A DNA stretch of 64,000 bases, from positions 100 to 64,099 of the IMG/VR virus record IMGVR_UViG_3300042940_000551, one strand, 5' to 3'. Each line of letters begins with the position of its first letter. The first letter of the stretch is position 1. The translations under genes were made by a program, and so were the position numbers. The stretch comes from a virus (taxonomy: Duplodnaviria; Caudoviricetes). Shown here piece after piece: positions 8,812-19,427 of this stretch. Below the pieces are notes generated by a model, which made no database searches, was not told where the DNA came from, and saw only the letters and a program-made list of their open reading frames with translations.

Positions 8812-9834
8812 ATGAAGTCATTTAAGAAAGTATCGCTAATCATCGCTGCAGCCCTGACTAGCACAATGCTTGTATCGCCAGCGGCTAATGCCAATGCTGG
8901 AACTGTCACACTAACAGTGGCGGGATCTGCAGCAACGGGTGGAACAGTAGTAACAACTCCTGTATCACTACCAGTGCCAGCAGATAACAGTGTAGATGCA
9001 GCAGATGCATTGAGAATCGCTGTAACAGGCGTAGACACTGGAACCGTAGTAACAGCAGTTGCAGTAAATGCAACTATTGTGCCTGCGCTTGCAACATCAG
9101 CAGCCCCAGTAACAGCATCAAGTGGAAGCTCAACACTTTCAGTTGCAACAGGAACTGGAACAGCAGCAGACTTTTATGTATATACTAAAAGTACAGCAGT
9201 AGGATCAGTATCGATTACTCGTGCTGGAACTACAACAGTTTACTATGTACAAGGTACCGCAGGTGCCTTGAACTCAATTACACTAACTGCTCCTGCATCA
9301 GCAGCAGCAGGGACATCACAGGTAATTAAAGTATCTGGATACGATGTATTCGGTAATCTAAAGGGTGGAGCCACAGTAAATACTTTGGTTTCAAATTCTG
9401 GAGCAGCAACCGCAACAGCGTTGACAACTGACACAGCAACAGCAACACTTGGTACAAAGGAGCAGACAATTACTATGCCTGCGTCTGGAGTAGTTACAGT
9501 TGTTGCATATGCAACAGTAGCATCAGCAGTAACAGGTCTATCAGCGCCAGTAGGTTCTGTAAGTGCCTCTATTGCAGTTCGTGACCTAGCAGGAGAACTT
9601 GCTGCAAAGGACACAACTATTGCAGGCCTTCAAGCACAACTTAAGGCAGCACAGGATGCTCTAGCGGTAGAAAAAGCTGGTCGTGCAACTGATTCAGCAA
9701 CAGCAACCGTAGCAGCATCAACAGCTAAGGCAGCGGCAGATTTAGCTAAGGCAACATATGTTGCAGAGTATAATGCCCTTGCTACAAAGTGGAACAAGAA
9801 GTTCCCAAAGGCTAAGGTAAAGCTAAAGAAGTAA
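8812..9834 (+). CDS. secreted Ala/Thr-rich Ig-like/S-layer-like protein
   Basis: Signal peptide, beta-rich A/T/V body, C-terminal coiled coil and basic tail; AGGAG RBS. Confidence 0.75.
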   Translation: MKSFKKVSLIIAAALTSTMLVSPAANANAGTVTLTVAGSAATGGTVVTTPVSLPVPADNSVDAADALRIAVTGVDTGTVVTAVAVNATIVPALATSAAPVTASSGSSTLSVATGTGTAADFYVYTKSTAVGSVSITRAGTTTVYYVQGTAGALNSITLTAPASAAAGTSQVIKVSGYDVFGNLKGGATVNTLVSNSGAATATALTTDTATATLGTKEQTITMPASGVVTVVAYATVASAVTGLSAPVGSVSASIAVRDLAGELAAKDTTIAGLQAQLKAAQDALAVEKAGRATDSATATVAASTAKAAADLAKATYVAEYNALATKWNKKFPKAKVKLKK

Positions 9835-9844
9835 ATCTTTAAAT

Positions 9845-9877
9845 TAAAGGGGCAGGGCCTAGGTCTTGCCCCTTTAG
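9845..9877 (+). terminator. intrinsic terminator
   Basis: taaaggggca(g)ggcctaggtcttgccccttta. Confidence 0.85.
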
Positions 9878-9900
9878 TATATAAATGATAGAATATGTTT

Positions 9901-10053
9901 ATGAAGGACGCAGAAGAATATGAGATGTATGCCTATTTTGAAGACAAGGTAAAAAGCTCTATTGTAAAGTCAATAAAAAACTTTGAGTTTCCAGAAGACT
10001 GGACACCAAAACAAGTAGTAGATTATATTACTTATAAAATAGATAGGAAATAA
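9901..10053 (+). CDS. hypothetical protein
   Basis: 50 aa; ATG 6 nt after TAGAAT. Confidence 0.65.
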   Translation: MKDAEEYEMYAYFEDKVKSSIVKSIKNFEFPEDWTPKQVVDYITYKIDRK

Positions 10054-10242
10054 ATGTTTAATAAATTAAGATTGTGGTTGCTAGAGCAACAGGTCAAAAC
10101 AATGATCGAGCAAGGCGAAGGTACCAGAAAGGTGAATAAAGTGAGCACAGCAAAGAAAACAGTAGCAAAGAAGAAGGCTCCAGTCAAGAAGACTGCCCCA
10201 GTTAAGAAGACTGCACCTAAGAAGACTACTAAAAAGAAGTAA
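10054..10242 (+). CDS. small basic protein with histone H1-like repeats
   Basis: KKAPVKKTAPVKKTAPKK. Confidence 0.7.
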   Translation: MFNKLRLWLLEQQVKTMIEQGEGTRKVNKVSTAKKTVAKKKAPVKKTAPVKKTAPKKTTKKK

Positions 10243-11084
10243 TGACCCTAGAGGACACATGCGAAATGGCGGGTTGCAGTAGCCCTGCGACCCGCCTTAC
10301 CTCAACAGAAAGTAAATATATTACTATTTGTGAGGATTGTTGGCACCAGATATACAAAAACTGATAAATGCTATAATAGGTATATGGATAGATTTCTAGA
10401 CCTATCCAAATACAACCTATAGGAGAACAAAATGGCAGAAGGAATTAACTTAACAGGCTTTAATGAAACAAAGCCAGGAGCAACAAACAGCTTGGATCTA
10501 AATCCAACAGGACAGGCACCAGCAGCAGCTTTTCCAGCAACAGATGTATCAAATCAGGCTTCAGCACAAGGACCTAAGTAGTATGTGTTATGAATGTGGA
10601 TGCGAAGCAGTAGGAAGTTCAACTGGACTTACAGCAATTCCAGGTGGAATTCTAAATGTTTCTACAGATGGAGAAGCGGGTCTTACTCTTAGTATGACAG
10701 CGACTCCAGAACAAAGAGAAAGATTTATTAATGAGTAATAATGGAACTGGAATGGATACTCCTCCAAACAATACACCATCAGGTGCAGTAACTTCACAAG
10801 AAGCAGCCAGGAAGAATCCATCGCAGGGAAGATTTAAATCGGGAATTGGAGCCAAGAGGCCCCCAACTATAGTTGATAAAAATAAACACGGTATTCGTAG
10901 AGAAACAATTATAGCTCCAAAGAAAACAAAACCTAAGAAGGTTTAAAGCATTCCCCACTGCCTCTAACAAGGGGCTGGTGGGGAACCTTATTTAATTATG
11001 TGCAAAGAATGCGGATCATGTTCAAAAGAACATCAAAGAACAATAGATGATGCGATAGATGAATCAGAAATATTAGGACTTTAA
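10242..11084 (+). other. run of small ORFs: 10242-10364, 10432-10581, 10583-10738, 10731-10946, 10998-11084
   Basis: Translated manually or in track; several Cys-rich (CxxCxC); AGGAG RBS before 10432. Confidence 0.6.
10951..10985 (+). terminator. hairpin terminator
   Basis: ttccccac...gtggggaa. Confidence 0.65.
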
Positions 11085-11122
11085 CTATTGACTTCCTATT
11101 TTTAATTTAGTATAATGAGATA

Positions 11123-12082
11123 ATGAGCGTAGACATACCAATTTTTAATTTTCATAACCATGTAATGGGCGGTACCGAATATCAAGGAAGACTTTTCCAT
11201 GAAAAAATTTTGCCAAATTCTCCCAATTTTCAAAACTACCTGTGCATGATTTTGCCAGGAAAAAATTTAGACAATAATAGCGTAGAAAAATTTGACGGAG
11301 AGATTATATTTTGGGTACATAATCTTCCTAGCCAGCTTTCTCCAGAGATTACAGAATTTTTTTGGAGCGGAAATCATATATCGGATAAAATTAAGTATGT
11401 AATTGTTCCTTCTGAGTATGCCAAAGATAAGTTTAACAAGGAGACTGGGTTTCCAAAGGAAAAGCTTTATGTGATTCCTAATGGTATTGAACCATTAAAG
11501 TATAATCCAGATAAGTTTAAAGATGTTAAAAAGGTAAGAATTACACACACCTCTGCTCCAAATAGAGGAATGATGATTTTGTTAAATTCCCTTCAATACA
11601 TTGAACAAGATTTTCAGCTTGACATATTTAATGATTTTTTACCAGAAATGTACCTAGATAACGAAATTATGCATGACGATAGGATTACTTTTTATGGGAA
11701 AACTCCTAGAAAAACCATGTACAAGTATTTGGAAAAATCTCATCTGCAGGCGTACCCTCCAATCTTTTTAGAAACATTTTGTATCTCAATTGCCGAGGCC
11801 ATGAGCGCTGGACTATTACCAGTTTATAGCAATGTTGGATCACTTCCTGAAGTTGTTAATGGACACGGCCTATACCTTGATGACATAGATAATAAGTTTA
11901 TTAAAGATGGTGTATTTCAGGGTGATGATTATGCAGAAGAGTATGGAAAAATTCTTTCTCAGGGCATAGATCAAATTCTTTCTGGAAAATGGGATCCAAG
12001 AGATCAAATTGAATATATTAATGGCGCTTACGGATGGGACACAGTGGCATCTAAATGGAAAGATTTCCACGATATCCTGTAG
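11123..12082 (+). CDS. GT-B (GT4-like) glycosyltransferase
   Basis: VIPNGI, HTSAPNRG, ETFCISIAEAMSAG (E-x7-E). Confidence 0.88.
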   Translation: MSVDIPIFNFHNHVMGGTEYQGRLFHEKILPNSPNFQNYLCMILPGKNLDNNSVEKFDGEIIFWVHNLPSQLSPEITEFFWSGNHISDKIKYVIVPSEYAKDKFNKETGFPKEKLYVIPNGIEPLKYNPDKFKDVKKVRITHTSAPNRGMMILLNSLQYIEQDFQLDIFNDFLPEMYLDNEIMHDDRITFYGKTPRKTMYKYLEKSHLQAYPPIFLETFCISIAEAMSAGLLPVYSNVGSLPEVVNGHGLYLDDIDNKFIKDGVFQGDDYAEEYGKILSQGIDQILSGKWDPRDQIEYINGAYGWDTVASKWKDFHDIL

Positions 12083-12140
12083 TACCCTTGACAGCCTAGG
12101 TTAATTATTGTATAATTAATATCTACAGAAAGAGGCGGCC

Positions 12141-12365
12141 ATGCAAGAGTTGCTAATAGCATTTGGATCAATTATGCTAGGGGTTTCACTTAGCTTTACT
12201 CTATTAAAAATTAGAGAAGAAAACCTTAGAAAAATAATTAAGAACTTAGTTGAGCAGCAAAAAGATCTGACTGATAGATGGATTGTTGCTGAGAATAAAG
12301 CTGAAAGCTGGAAGCGTAGATACGACAATCTTCTTCCTGAAACCCAAGTTTCTTTTGAGGAATAA
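12141..12365 (+). CDS. TM plus coiled-coil small protein
   Basis: Downstream of TTGACA/TATAAT promoter; GAGG RBS. Confidence 0.7.
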   Translation: MQELLIAFGSIMLGVSLSFTLLKIREENLRKIIKNLVEQQKDLTDRWIVAENKAESWKRRYDNLLPETQVSFEE

Positions 12366-12366
12366 A

Positions 12367-12957
12367 ATGATAAAAAATTATAGACTTAAAGTATTTGGCT
12401 TAGTAACCACAATTTTATTTACTTGCCCAAGCACGTCATTTGCAGATGACAGTTCAAACTATCAGTCTGCATCAGCGGCATTTGTTAGCGTTTTAAACGA
12501 AGCGCAGGAGTTAAAGATTTCTCCTAGTTGCGACGTTCCAGGGCTAGGACAGGTTGCTGCTGGATTAATGTTTAACCATAGCTCTCCGCCAGGCCCATCA
12601 ATGAGCTCTGAATCATTTCAAAAATACATGAGTTCATTGTCTTCGGCTAAGTCTAGTTTTATAAATCAGATCAGAAGCGTTTGTACTGCTGCAATAAAGT
12701 TGGTAGTAGAAACTCCTCAAAACAATACGCCAATGATTCCTATTGGATCATCTATCCAGGCTGAGGCGGTCAAGGTGGCTGAGACACTAGTTCCAGTAGA
12801 GACTACAACTGCTGTATTAGATACCGCAACCGTTACATCTGAAACAAATACAGTGAGCGTTGAAGTTTCTATAAGCCCTACCCAGCAAGTTGACGCATAT
12901 GTCATTACTAAGCTAGCCTATTGGGAACGCAGGCTACATAAACTTAAGTATATATAA
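12367..12957 (+). CDS. secreted hypothetical protein
   Basis: Signal-like N-terminus; Thr/Val-rich C-terminal half. Confidence 0.65.
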   Translation: MIKNYRLKVFGLVTTILFTCPSTSFADDSSNYQSASAAFVSVLNEAQELKISPSCDVPGLGQVAAGLMFNHSSPPGPSMSSESFQKYMSSLSSAKSSFINQIRSVCTAAIKLVVETPQNNTPMIPIGSSIQAEAVKVAETLVPVETTTAVLDTATVTSETNTVSVEVSISPTQQVDAYVITKLAYWERRLHKLKYI

Positions 12958-12971
12958 GAATAGGATTATAA

Positions 12972-13202
12972 ATGTTTTGGTCTTGGATATTAGCTGTAAT
13001 AGGGGTAGCAGGCATCTACTTTGTTGGTCGAAAGACAATATGGGGATGGTTAGTACTATTATTTAATGAGTGCTTATGGATAGCATACGCTTTAATAACA
13101 GATCAATACGGATTTATATTTAGCGCATTGGCATACGCCATTGTGTATATTAGATCATATATACACTGGTCTAAAGAAAAGGTGAACGATTTACCACTAT
13201 GA
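12972..13202 (+). CDS. 3-TM PnuC/SemiSWEET-like membrane protein
   Basis: W/G-rich TM helices, GRK..WGW, Q.G pattern. Confidence 0.55.
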   Translation: MFWSWILAVIGVAGIYFVGRKTIWGWLVLLFNECLWIAYALITDQYGFIFSALAYAIVYIRSYIHWSKEKVNDLPL

Positions 13203-14709
13203 AAAAAAATAATGGGAAAGTGTCTCAAAAGAAAGCTAAACGCCATTTAAAGAACGTAAAGAGGCTATCTAATAAGCGAGGTAGTGGCCATTATAGAGAC
13301 AAGTTTAAGCAAGCGTTTGATTTAAACTCAGAGCAAATTGATTTAACGCCAGAGCAGAGAGCAAATGCTGAGAAAGCTTTAGCAGAGTCTGTTATGGTTA
13401 GCGAAGAAGAGTTGGCAATTGTAGAGCCCTGGGCGATTAAGAAATGAGTAAAAAAATGATCGTATTTATAGCAGCGCTGGCTACTCTTGGTGCAGCAGCG
13501 TATGCTGCATATAATGCATTTAATCAATTAAAAGATATAGACTATGACTTTGATTTAGAGGAAGATGTTGACGATGAAGAATAGTGAAGCGAAAAGTGCG
13601 GCGGAAAGAGAAGACCCCATGACGAATCCAGACCTTGACAGGTCAATGCGTCTTAAATTGGTTATAGAAGAGATGTTAAAAGATATAGATATGAGCGGGG
13701 AAGAGTGGAATGACCATGATAAAGATGGGGTTCCATATTGGGAAAAGTACGAAGAACGTCTAAAGTATATGGAGGAGAACGGCATATGATTGATTGGTTA
13801 GTTAATCGCATATTCAGGTGGGATCCATTAAGAAAAGCAATCTTTGATGAGGTAAGGCTATATCAGTCCATAGATAGATCCATGTGGGAGGCTGAGAAAG
13901 AAAACTCAACTAATCTAACTTGGTCAGAGGGTGACACTTGGTATGGATGGACATATAATAAGGATAAGAAGCGGTACTATTTTGATGACATTGGTAATAA
14001 GTCTCTTATGGGCTTATGGGAAGATCAATGGCTCAGAGAGGCTGATGAACAACCTATCTAATGGATTACACATATAGCTTCATATGCAAGTGTAAATCTG
14101 AACTCTACATAGAGATATCCAGAGAGATAGACTTTGAGCCTAAATGTCTTAAATGTAATTCTAGTCGACTACAATTAAGATACAGTATTATACATGGGGA
14201 GCTGTGGATGAATGATGATATTCTTCATGAGTAGGGGGAAGTAATGGGCATATTAGATAACCTAGAGTTTTATTTAGAGAATGAGCCAGAAGAAAAAGAG
14301 ATAGGATACTCAACTGGCAAATGGTCAGATGATGATGATTGGAATCCAATTACTCCATTTATGGGACCAAATAGATGATAGGCGAGATATTGGGAAGAGA
14401 TCCAAAATGCTTTACAGGCGGGGAATGTTGGCTACCATATGATTATTCTGACAGATGGTTGTTACTCATTGGTATCACAATATCGACAATAGCCATGATC
14501 CGCATATTCAAGAAGATATACAATAACAAGGCGGGGAAGCAAGAAGAATGACCAATTTAACCAATATACTCATATGTAAGATCAAAGGACATAAGCTATT
14601 TAGACTAAGCATAGACTCCTTAGATATCCAATACGACCAGTATACAGGACTAGGTTACGTCTATTGTGTCAGATGCAAGGCATACTTGCCTACAGACAAT
14701 TTAGACTAG
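13199..14709 (+). other. run of small hypothetical ORFs: 13199-13447, 13444-13584, 13619-13789, 13786-14061, 14061-14234, 14244-14378, 14375-14551, 14548-14709
   Basis: Coupled start/stop overlaps; manually translated. Confidence 0.65.
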
Positions 14710-14937
14710 AGAGTCCTCTACCCCCAATATCCCCCCGTCCATAAAGATGTCTCTAATAGCCTCCTATGGCCTTTTAAAGCCATATCTAGAGATGATCCAC
14801 AGATATATAGACTACTAATTTGATAGCTAATACTACTAATATATATCTAATCTATTATATGAGTAATTGGACAGCCCTCCATTTTACTCCATCGTAATCC
14901 ATTTTGCTCCACATAGACCCATATGCATACCATATTT

Positions 14938-15219
14938 GAGGGATTTTGTCTATAGCCTCGTAAATAGCATATTCGGCCCATATTGTCAAGGCTTCAGGGG
15001 CATTTTATATGTCGTCGTAAACGACAAATTTTGCCCACAATTTTGACAGATTCTGATCCATATGTATCTCATTATCTGAGATTATATATACGTTTGATAA
15101 GATTGACATACGTTTATTAAATATTTTCAGGGATTTTTTATAGCTCGTCGTAAATGCGAAATATGGCCCATATGTTTATACACAAAAAATCCACAGGCTG
15201 TGGATAAACCTGTGGATAT
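14938..15219. repeat. three ~45-bp imperfect direct repeats followed by a DnaA-box cluster
   Basis: AGGG-N16-CGTAA-N~10-GCCCA at ~14939, ~14997, 15129; TTATACACA 15176, TGTGGATAA 15199, TGTGGATAT 15211. Confidence 0.75.
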
Positions 15220-15245
15220 CTTGGGCTATGGATATATTAGATTAG

Positions 15246-15512
15246 TTATACGTTACTATGTTTCCTATTGGTTACAAGGGATCTCTTCTTCTGCCGCTCC
15301 AGCCGATCATTTAATAAATGGGACATAGTAGGTTCGATCTTTGTTACCACCACCTCTGAACATAGGGAGTTGAATCGCTCCTGTTCAGCTAGCTTTTGAG
15401 CTTTCTCTGCCTTCTTAGCCTTCCTGAAGGTCCGTAGGGCATAGTTGATATCTCTACCATGGGAATCTGCCCACATCTTAGGCTTGCGCTGCTTATCCCC
15501 TATTGACTTCAT
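15246..15512 (-). CDS. basic hypothetical protein
   Basis: ORF track; last gene of the minus block. Confidence 0.6.
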   Translation of the reverse strand: MKSIGDKQRKPKMWADSHGRDINYALRTFRKAKKAEKAQKLAEQERFNSLCSEVVVTKIEPTMSHLLNDRLERQKKRSLVTNRKHSNV

Positions 15513-15796
15513 GGTAGTTTGATATTGTCGAAGTTGTTCTTTAGTTTAATCTTATCGATTACTTGGTCTAACTTATATGCTAGGGCAAGACCTTCTGATA
15601 CAGTTCCGCCATTGTGGTATTCCCGCTCATATCGTCTTGCTTGCTTCTCTACAACCCATGCCACAATTTCCATAATGCGGTCTAAGGTGTAGGTTGGCTG
15701 TTCTGCTAGGTATCTGCCTAAAGCGGCAGGATTGAAGAAATGGTCTTCTACTGAATTTGCTAGTAGTTCTCCTATTTTATGTTCTTTGCTTTGCAT
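15509..15796 (-). CDS. hypothetical protein
   Basis: AAAGGCGGAG RBS. Confidence 0.75.
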   Translation of the reverse strand: MQSKEHKIGELLANSVEDHFFNPAALGRYLAEQPTYTLDRIMEIVAWVVEKQARRYEREYHNGGTVSEGLALAYKLDQVIDKIKLKNNFDNIKLP

Positions 15797-15840
15797 ATCT
15801 CCGCCTTTGTTAGTAACCTTGAATTATATCAAAAAATGTT

Positions 15841-15872
15841 AGGGAGGTCAATACCCACATACTGACCTCCCC
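15841..15872 (-). terminator. hairpin terminator
   Basis: gggaggtca-atacccacatac-tgacctccc. Confidence 0.75.
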
Positions 15873-15877
15873 TAGCT

Positions 15878-16024
15878 TTACTTCTTTGCTTGCTTCTTCT
15901 CAGCTTCGAACTTGATCCCCTGAGCTTCCGCCTCAGAGATAGCTTTAACTGCAGCTGATGAAAAACGGCCACGGAGGCCGACGGTGATTCCTTGGGTCTT
16001 TAGATATTCTCTCTTTGTTGACAT
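15878..16024 (-). CDS. Lsr2-like DNA-binding-domain-only protein (48 aa, not in ORF track)
   Basis: MSTKREYLKTQGITVGLRGRFSSAAVKA resembles Lsr2 C-terminal REW...G..V..RGR; own promoter, RBS and terminator. Confidence 0.7.
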   Translation of the reverse strand: MSTKREYLKTQGITVGLRGRFSSAAVKAISEAEAQGIKFEAEKKQAKK

Positions 16025-16127
16025 GGTATTAGATCCTTTCGTGATCATATGTATTCTATCAGAAACCAGGGGTTTTGTAAATACCCCCGTAAGACCAGCT
16101 TTTGGCCCCTATATATTTAGTTGTAAT

Positions 16128-17898
16128 TTAGGATATAACTATTTTGTCAAACCCTGGGTGATGTTCCATATCTTCAGGCGTATCTTCAATTAAAGATTCG
16201 TCATCATATGTTATCGTTTGTTCATCTAAGAATACGTCAGTTGCTTCAATGACATCATCTGTTGTAACTTCAAACCACTCTGTACTTGGATAGGCATTTG
16301 CAGCCTCCGCTGCAGCATATTCATCCGCAGCAGAGACATGTGTATAATAGTTTTGATATTTGGTTCCGAATACTCTATATCTAGGCATTCATTAACTCCC
16401 GTTCCTCCCACTCAGCAAACGTTCGGACAATGAAATCCTTACCTAGATTATAACAAAATTGTACTGCTTCTGTCAAGGACTCTGTCTCAAATATTGGGAT
16501 CTGAACAGGCTCTATCTCAGATTTATCATACACCTCAAATGTATCCACACCTCCAGGGGAACAGGAGTAATTAACTTCCAGGATTTCTAAGCTTGGCTCG
16601 TATGACATGATTATTGCCCTTCTGTTTGTTCTACCCTATCTCTAATTAGTTTAGAGATGATGTTATGTGCTTCTATATTTTCAGTTTCGCTGCCACCCCA
16701 CAATAGTTCTTGGGCTCTGCTTAATTGATCATTGATATATGTATCACTCATCTTCATCTTCGTCCTCCTCTTCTTCTTCAAACATTGTGTCCACAATGTA
16801 GTCACGGCTTAACATCCAGTCAAGGACGTCATCGTTGTGCTGTTCCGCCCCGTACTCCAGAGAGAAGCCTTGGCCCGCCTCTACAGCCTCACAGAGGTGG
16901 TTCCACATCTCATCTATGGTGCAGTTCTGCTTGTAGGTCTCATCCTCAAAGATGTTGTTAATGGTAGACCAAGTCCATAGCCAAACTAAGGATAGGCCTA
17001 GGTCCGTTGTGTCTAGAATTTTTAAACATTCGTTTAGTTTATCTTTGTCTTCAGGCTTCATTCCGTGCTCCAATCGCAAATGATAGGTCGTATGTTAGTT
17101 TATACAGGGACACTAATGCGTCTAGATATCCTTCTGCATAGGTCCTCTCCATAGAATCCATTGCTTCACCTGACCGTTGTTCTTCTATCAGGGTCCGCTC
17201 TAATTCCTTTTCTCCAAGAAGCATGAGGTTCTTTAGTTCCCCATGCATGATGTCTAGGCCCGTTACCTCTGCGTCTACCATTCGTTGTAAATGGACGGGA
17301 AGTTCAGTATGTCTCATTCATATACCCTTTCGTTAGAAGCATTCATTATATCAGTAGCCACTGACAATAAATGTTCGGTTGCCATAATTTGTCCCTGGAT
17401 ATTAATTTTAGATTGAACATTGTAATCACCCTCTAAGTCCTGGTTAAGACTAATTAGATGTATCTTCATATACTCTATGAATCTAGATGACTTAGTCAAA
17501 GTAACCCTCCGCCCATAGGCCCTGTAGGAAATCATTTGCTTTTAACAAACCTTCAACTAAAGGGTCTTCGTCTACTTGCTCCACATCAGAATTTCTAATA
17601 TAGAAAAGCTTTGCGTCATGGACGGCATTACTCATTTGATCTAAATCTTCTTTGGTATAACCTAGCATTATGCTTCCTCATCCCATTCTATGTAGTATTG
17701 GTCCCCTGGTTTCAAATCATAAAACTGATTGAACCTACCTTTAAGATAATTGCTTTCTGCCATATCGGCAAAACAATAGTCTGCATATAGTTGACCTTCA
17801 TCTAAATTAGAATTAACCCAATCTTCTACCAGTTGTTCACCAATATAAGAATACTCTGCGTCAATCACCATTTGGTTTTCATTCTCTAAGAAACTCAT
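16128..17898 (-). other. early small-gene cassette: 16128-16388, 16381-16608, 16611-16751, 16744-17061, 17051-17317, 17314-17499, 17492-17668, 17668-17898
   Basis: Coupled acidic ORFs with GGAG/AAAGG RBS; no recognisable domains. Confidence 0.7.
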
Positions 17899-18668
17899 AC
17901 TTCCGCCTTTTCTGTAGTATCCAATAGTACCATGTGGGTCTGACATTCTTTCATAGCCTCTTCATCCTGCCAAGAACCATAATTACATTCTGAGCAGAAT
18001 TCACCGCAGTCATTCTCACAATACTCAACACAATCAAAAGACTGGCAAGCATAGCAACGATTTTCCCATTCTGCCAATTCTTTTACTTCGCCACGAACAA
18101 TCTCATATTCCCCACCCCAACCTGTCTCTTCCTCAAACTCTAATGTGAGAAGGGAATTAGGAACAAGATTACTTAGTTTAGTTAAGATAGTTACAGCAGG
18201 TGACCAAGCAGTCTCATATTTATATACAACCCAGTTGTCATCACCTTCTGATTTTTCTTCAAGCAATTCTGTATTAGGATATTTGTCATCATCTGATACA
18301 GCAACATCCCATTTGGTTCCCCAATTAGAATTATTCCATGAATACCAATCCTTCTGAGTTTTAGCAAACTCAACAGATTTGCGGAACCAATCAGGGTCAT
18401 TCATATCTAAACCTGAACGGTCAGGCTGGCAGGCATACTCTTCATCAGTAATACCTTCATCCTTATATGAGTGGATATTAAAGAAAGCAAAAACAGGATT
18501 ACTATAAGTAACCTCTTTAATTTTGGTGGGGAACCCATGGGCATTAATATCACCCATACCATATGTCTCTTGTGCTAATGTAAATGGCTTATTAAGTCTA
18601 TCCTTAATCATATCAACTTCATCCTTTGGACCTTGTATGGTCAAAGTGTTATATACCCAATTTGGCAT
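17895..18668 (-). CDS. DUF1281/YubB ferredoxin-like domain protein
   Basis: MPNW..N.L.I.G, W...NWGTKW, ETAWSP; Cys-rich C-terminus. Confidence 0.75.
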   Translation of the reverse strand: MPNWVYNTLTIQGPKDEVDMIKDRLNKPFTLAQETYGMGDINAHGFPTKIKEVTYSNPVFAFFNIHSYKDEGITDEEYACQPDRSGLDMNDPDWFRKSVEFAKTQKDWYSWNNSNWGTKWDVAVSDDDKYPNTELLEEKSEGDDNWVVYKYETAWSPAVTILTKLSNLVPNSLLTLEFEEETGWGGEYEIVRGEVKELAEWENRCYACQSFDCVEYCENDCGEFCSECNYGSWQDEEAMKECQTHMVLLDTTEKAEV

Positions 18669-18847
18669 TATATTCCTTTCGATAGGTCCTAATTATATAA
18701 CACGCCACTGACATATGTCTATCATATTTGGTGTGTCTTACACCACATTTGATCGTTTGATAAGATAAAGATATGCTAAAATATCCAGGAATTTATTGAT
18801 CTCTCCGTAAGAGAGAATTTATACCCTCAGCTGTTGCGGGCAAAGAA

Positions 18848-18879
18848 AAATCCCCCAAGACCCGAAACCTGGGGGATTT
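18848..18879 (-). terminator. intrinsic terminator
   Basis: aaatccccca...tgggggattt with U-tract on the minus strand. Confidence 0.85.
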
Positions 18880-18883
18880 AAGA

Positions 18884-18996
18884 ATAAAGGCTGCTAGCAG
18901 AAACGAAAGGAATTTAGTAAACGCTGCTTTACTTAGCGACTAGGGGAGTCCCTGGTAGCCGCACCTTTATTATATAAAGAGGCCCACTAGGACCTA
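18884..18996. ncRNA. candidate structured small RNA
   Basis: ORF-free; closing stem 18884-97/18952-70, two inner hairpins; flanked by a -10 (19002-07) and a terminator. Confidence 0.4.
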
Positions 18997-19022
18997 TTCA
19001 TATTATATCATAAACTAGTTAA

Positions 19023-19427
19023 CTAAACTGAGATGACAACATCGGCATACTTCTCAACAAAGTTGCTGAGGTCCATGGTAAAGATGGCGTCATTGCTCAT
19101 CCCATTTACCTTGTTATCCAAGTCATTGCGTGGAGCCTCTTCATGAAGACTAAATGTCTGTTGCTCAAAGTCGATAATGGCAACCTTGTGCTCATTGTCG
19201 CCAATCTCATTAACGTATAGACCCCAGCCTGTTTCCATATTCCACTGGTCCGCAACCATTTGACTGATTGTGATACGTGTAGCATATGAAGGGTCATTCC
19301 AACGTGGACGTGCTTTAAACACTGCCTCTGCTAGGTTTGCTAGCATGTTATGTCCAGCCCAGTGTCCGTATAGCACAATTGTGTTACCGTTAGGTTGGAC
19401 GAATCCAAAGTTTGCTCTATCTCCCAT
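19023..19427 (-). CDS. phage hypothetical protein
   Basis: MGDRAN...LYGHWAG; follows internal TTGACA-N18-TAGAAT promoter. Confidence 0.8.
   Translation of the reverse strand: MGDRANFGFVQPNGNTIVLYGHWAGHNMLANLAEAVFKARPRWNDPSYATRITISQMVADQWNMETGWGLYVNEIGDNEHKVAIIDFEQQTFSLHEEAPRNDLDNKVNGMSNDAIFTMDLSNFVEKYADVVISV

Noticed and set aside
18884-18970. Hammerhead ribozyme
   Set aside because: GAAA is present but there is no CUGAnGA core on either strand
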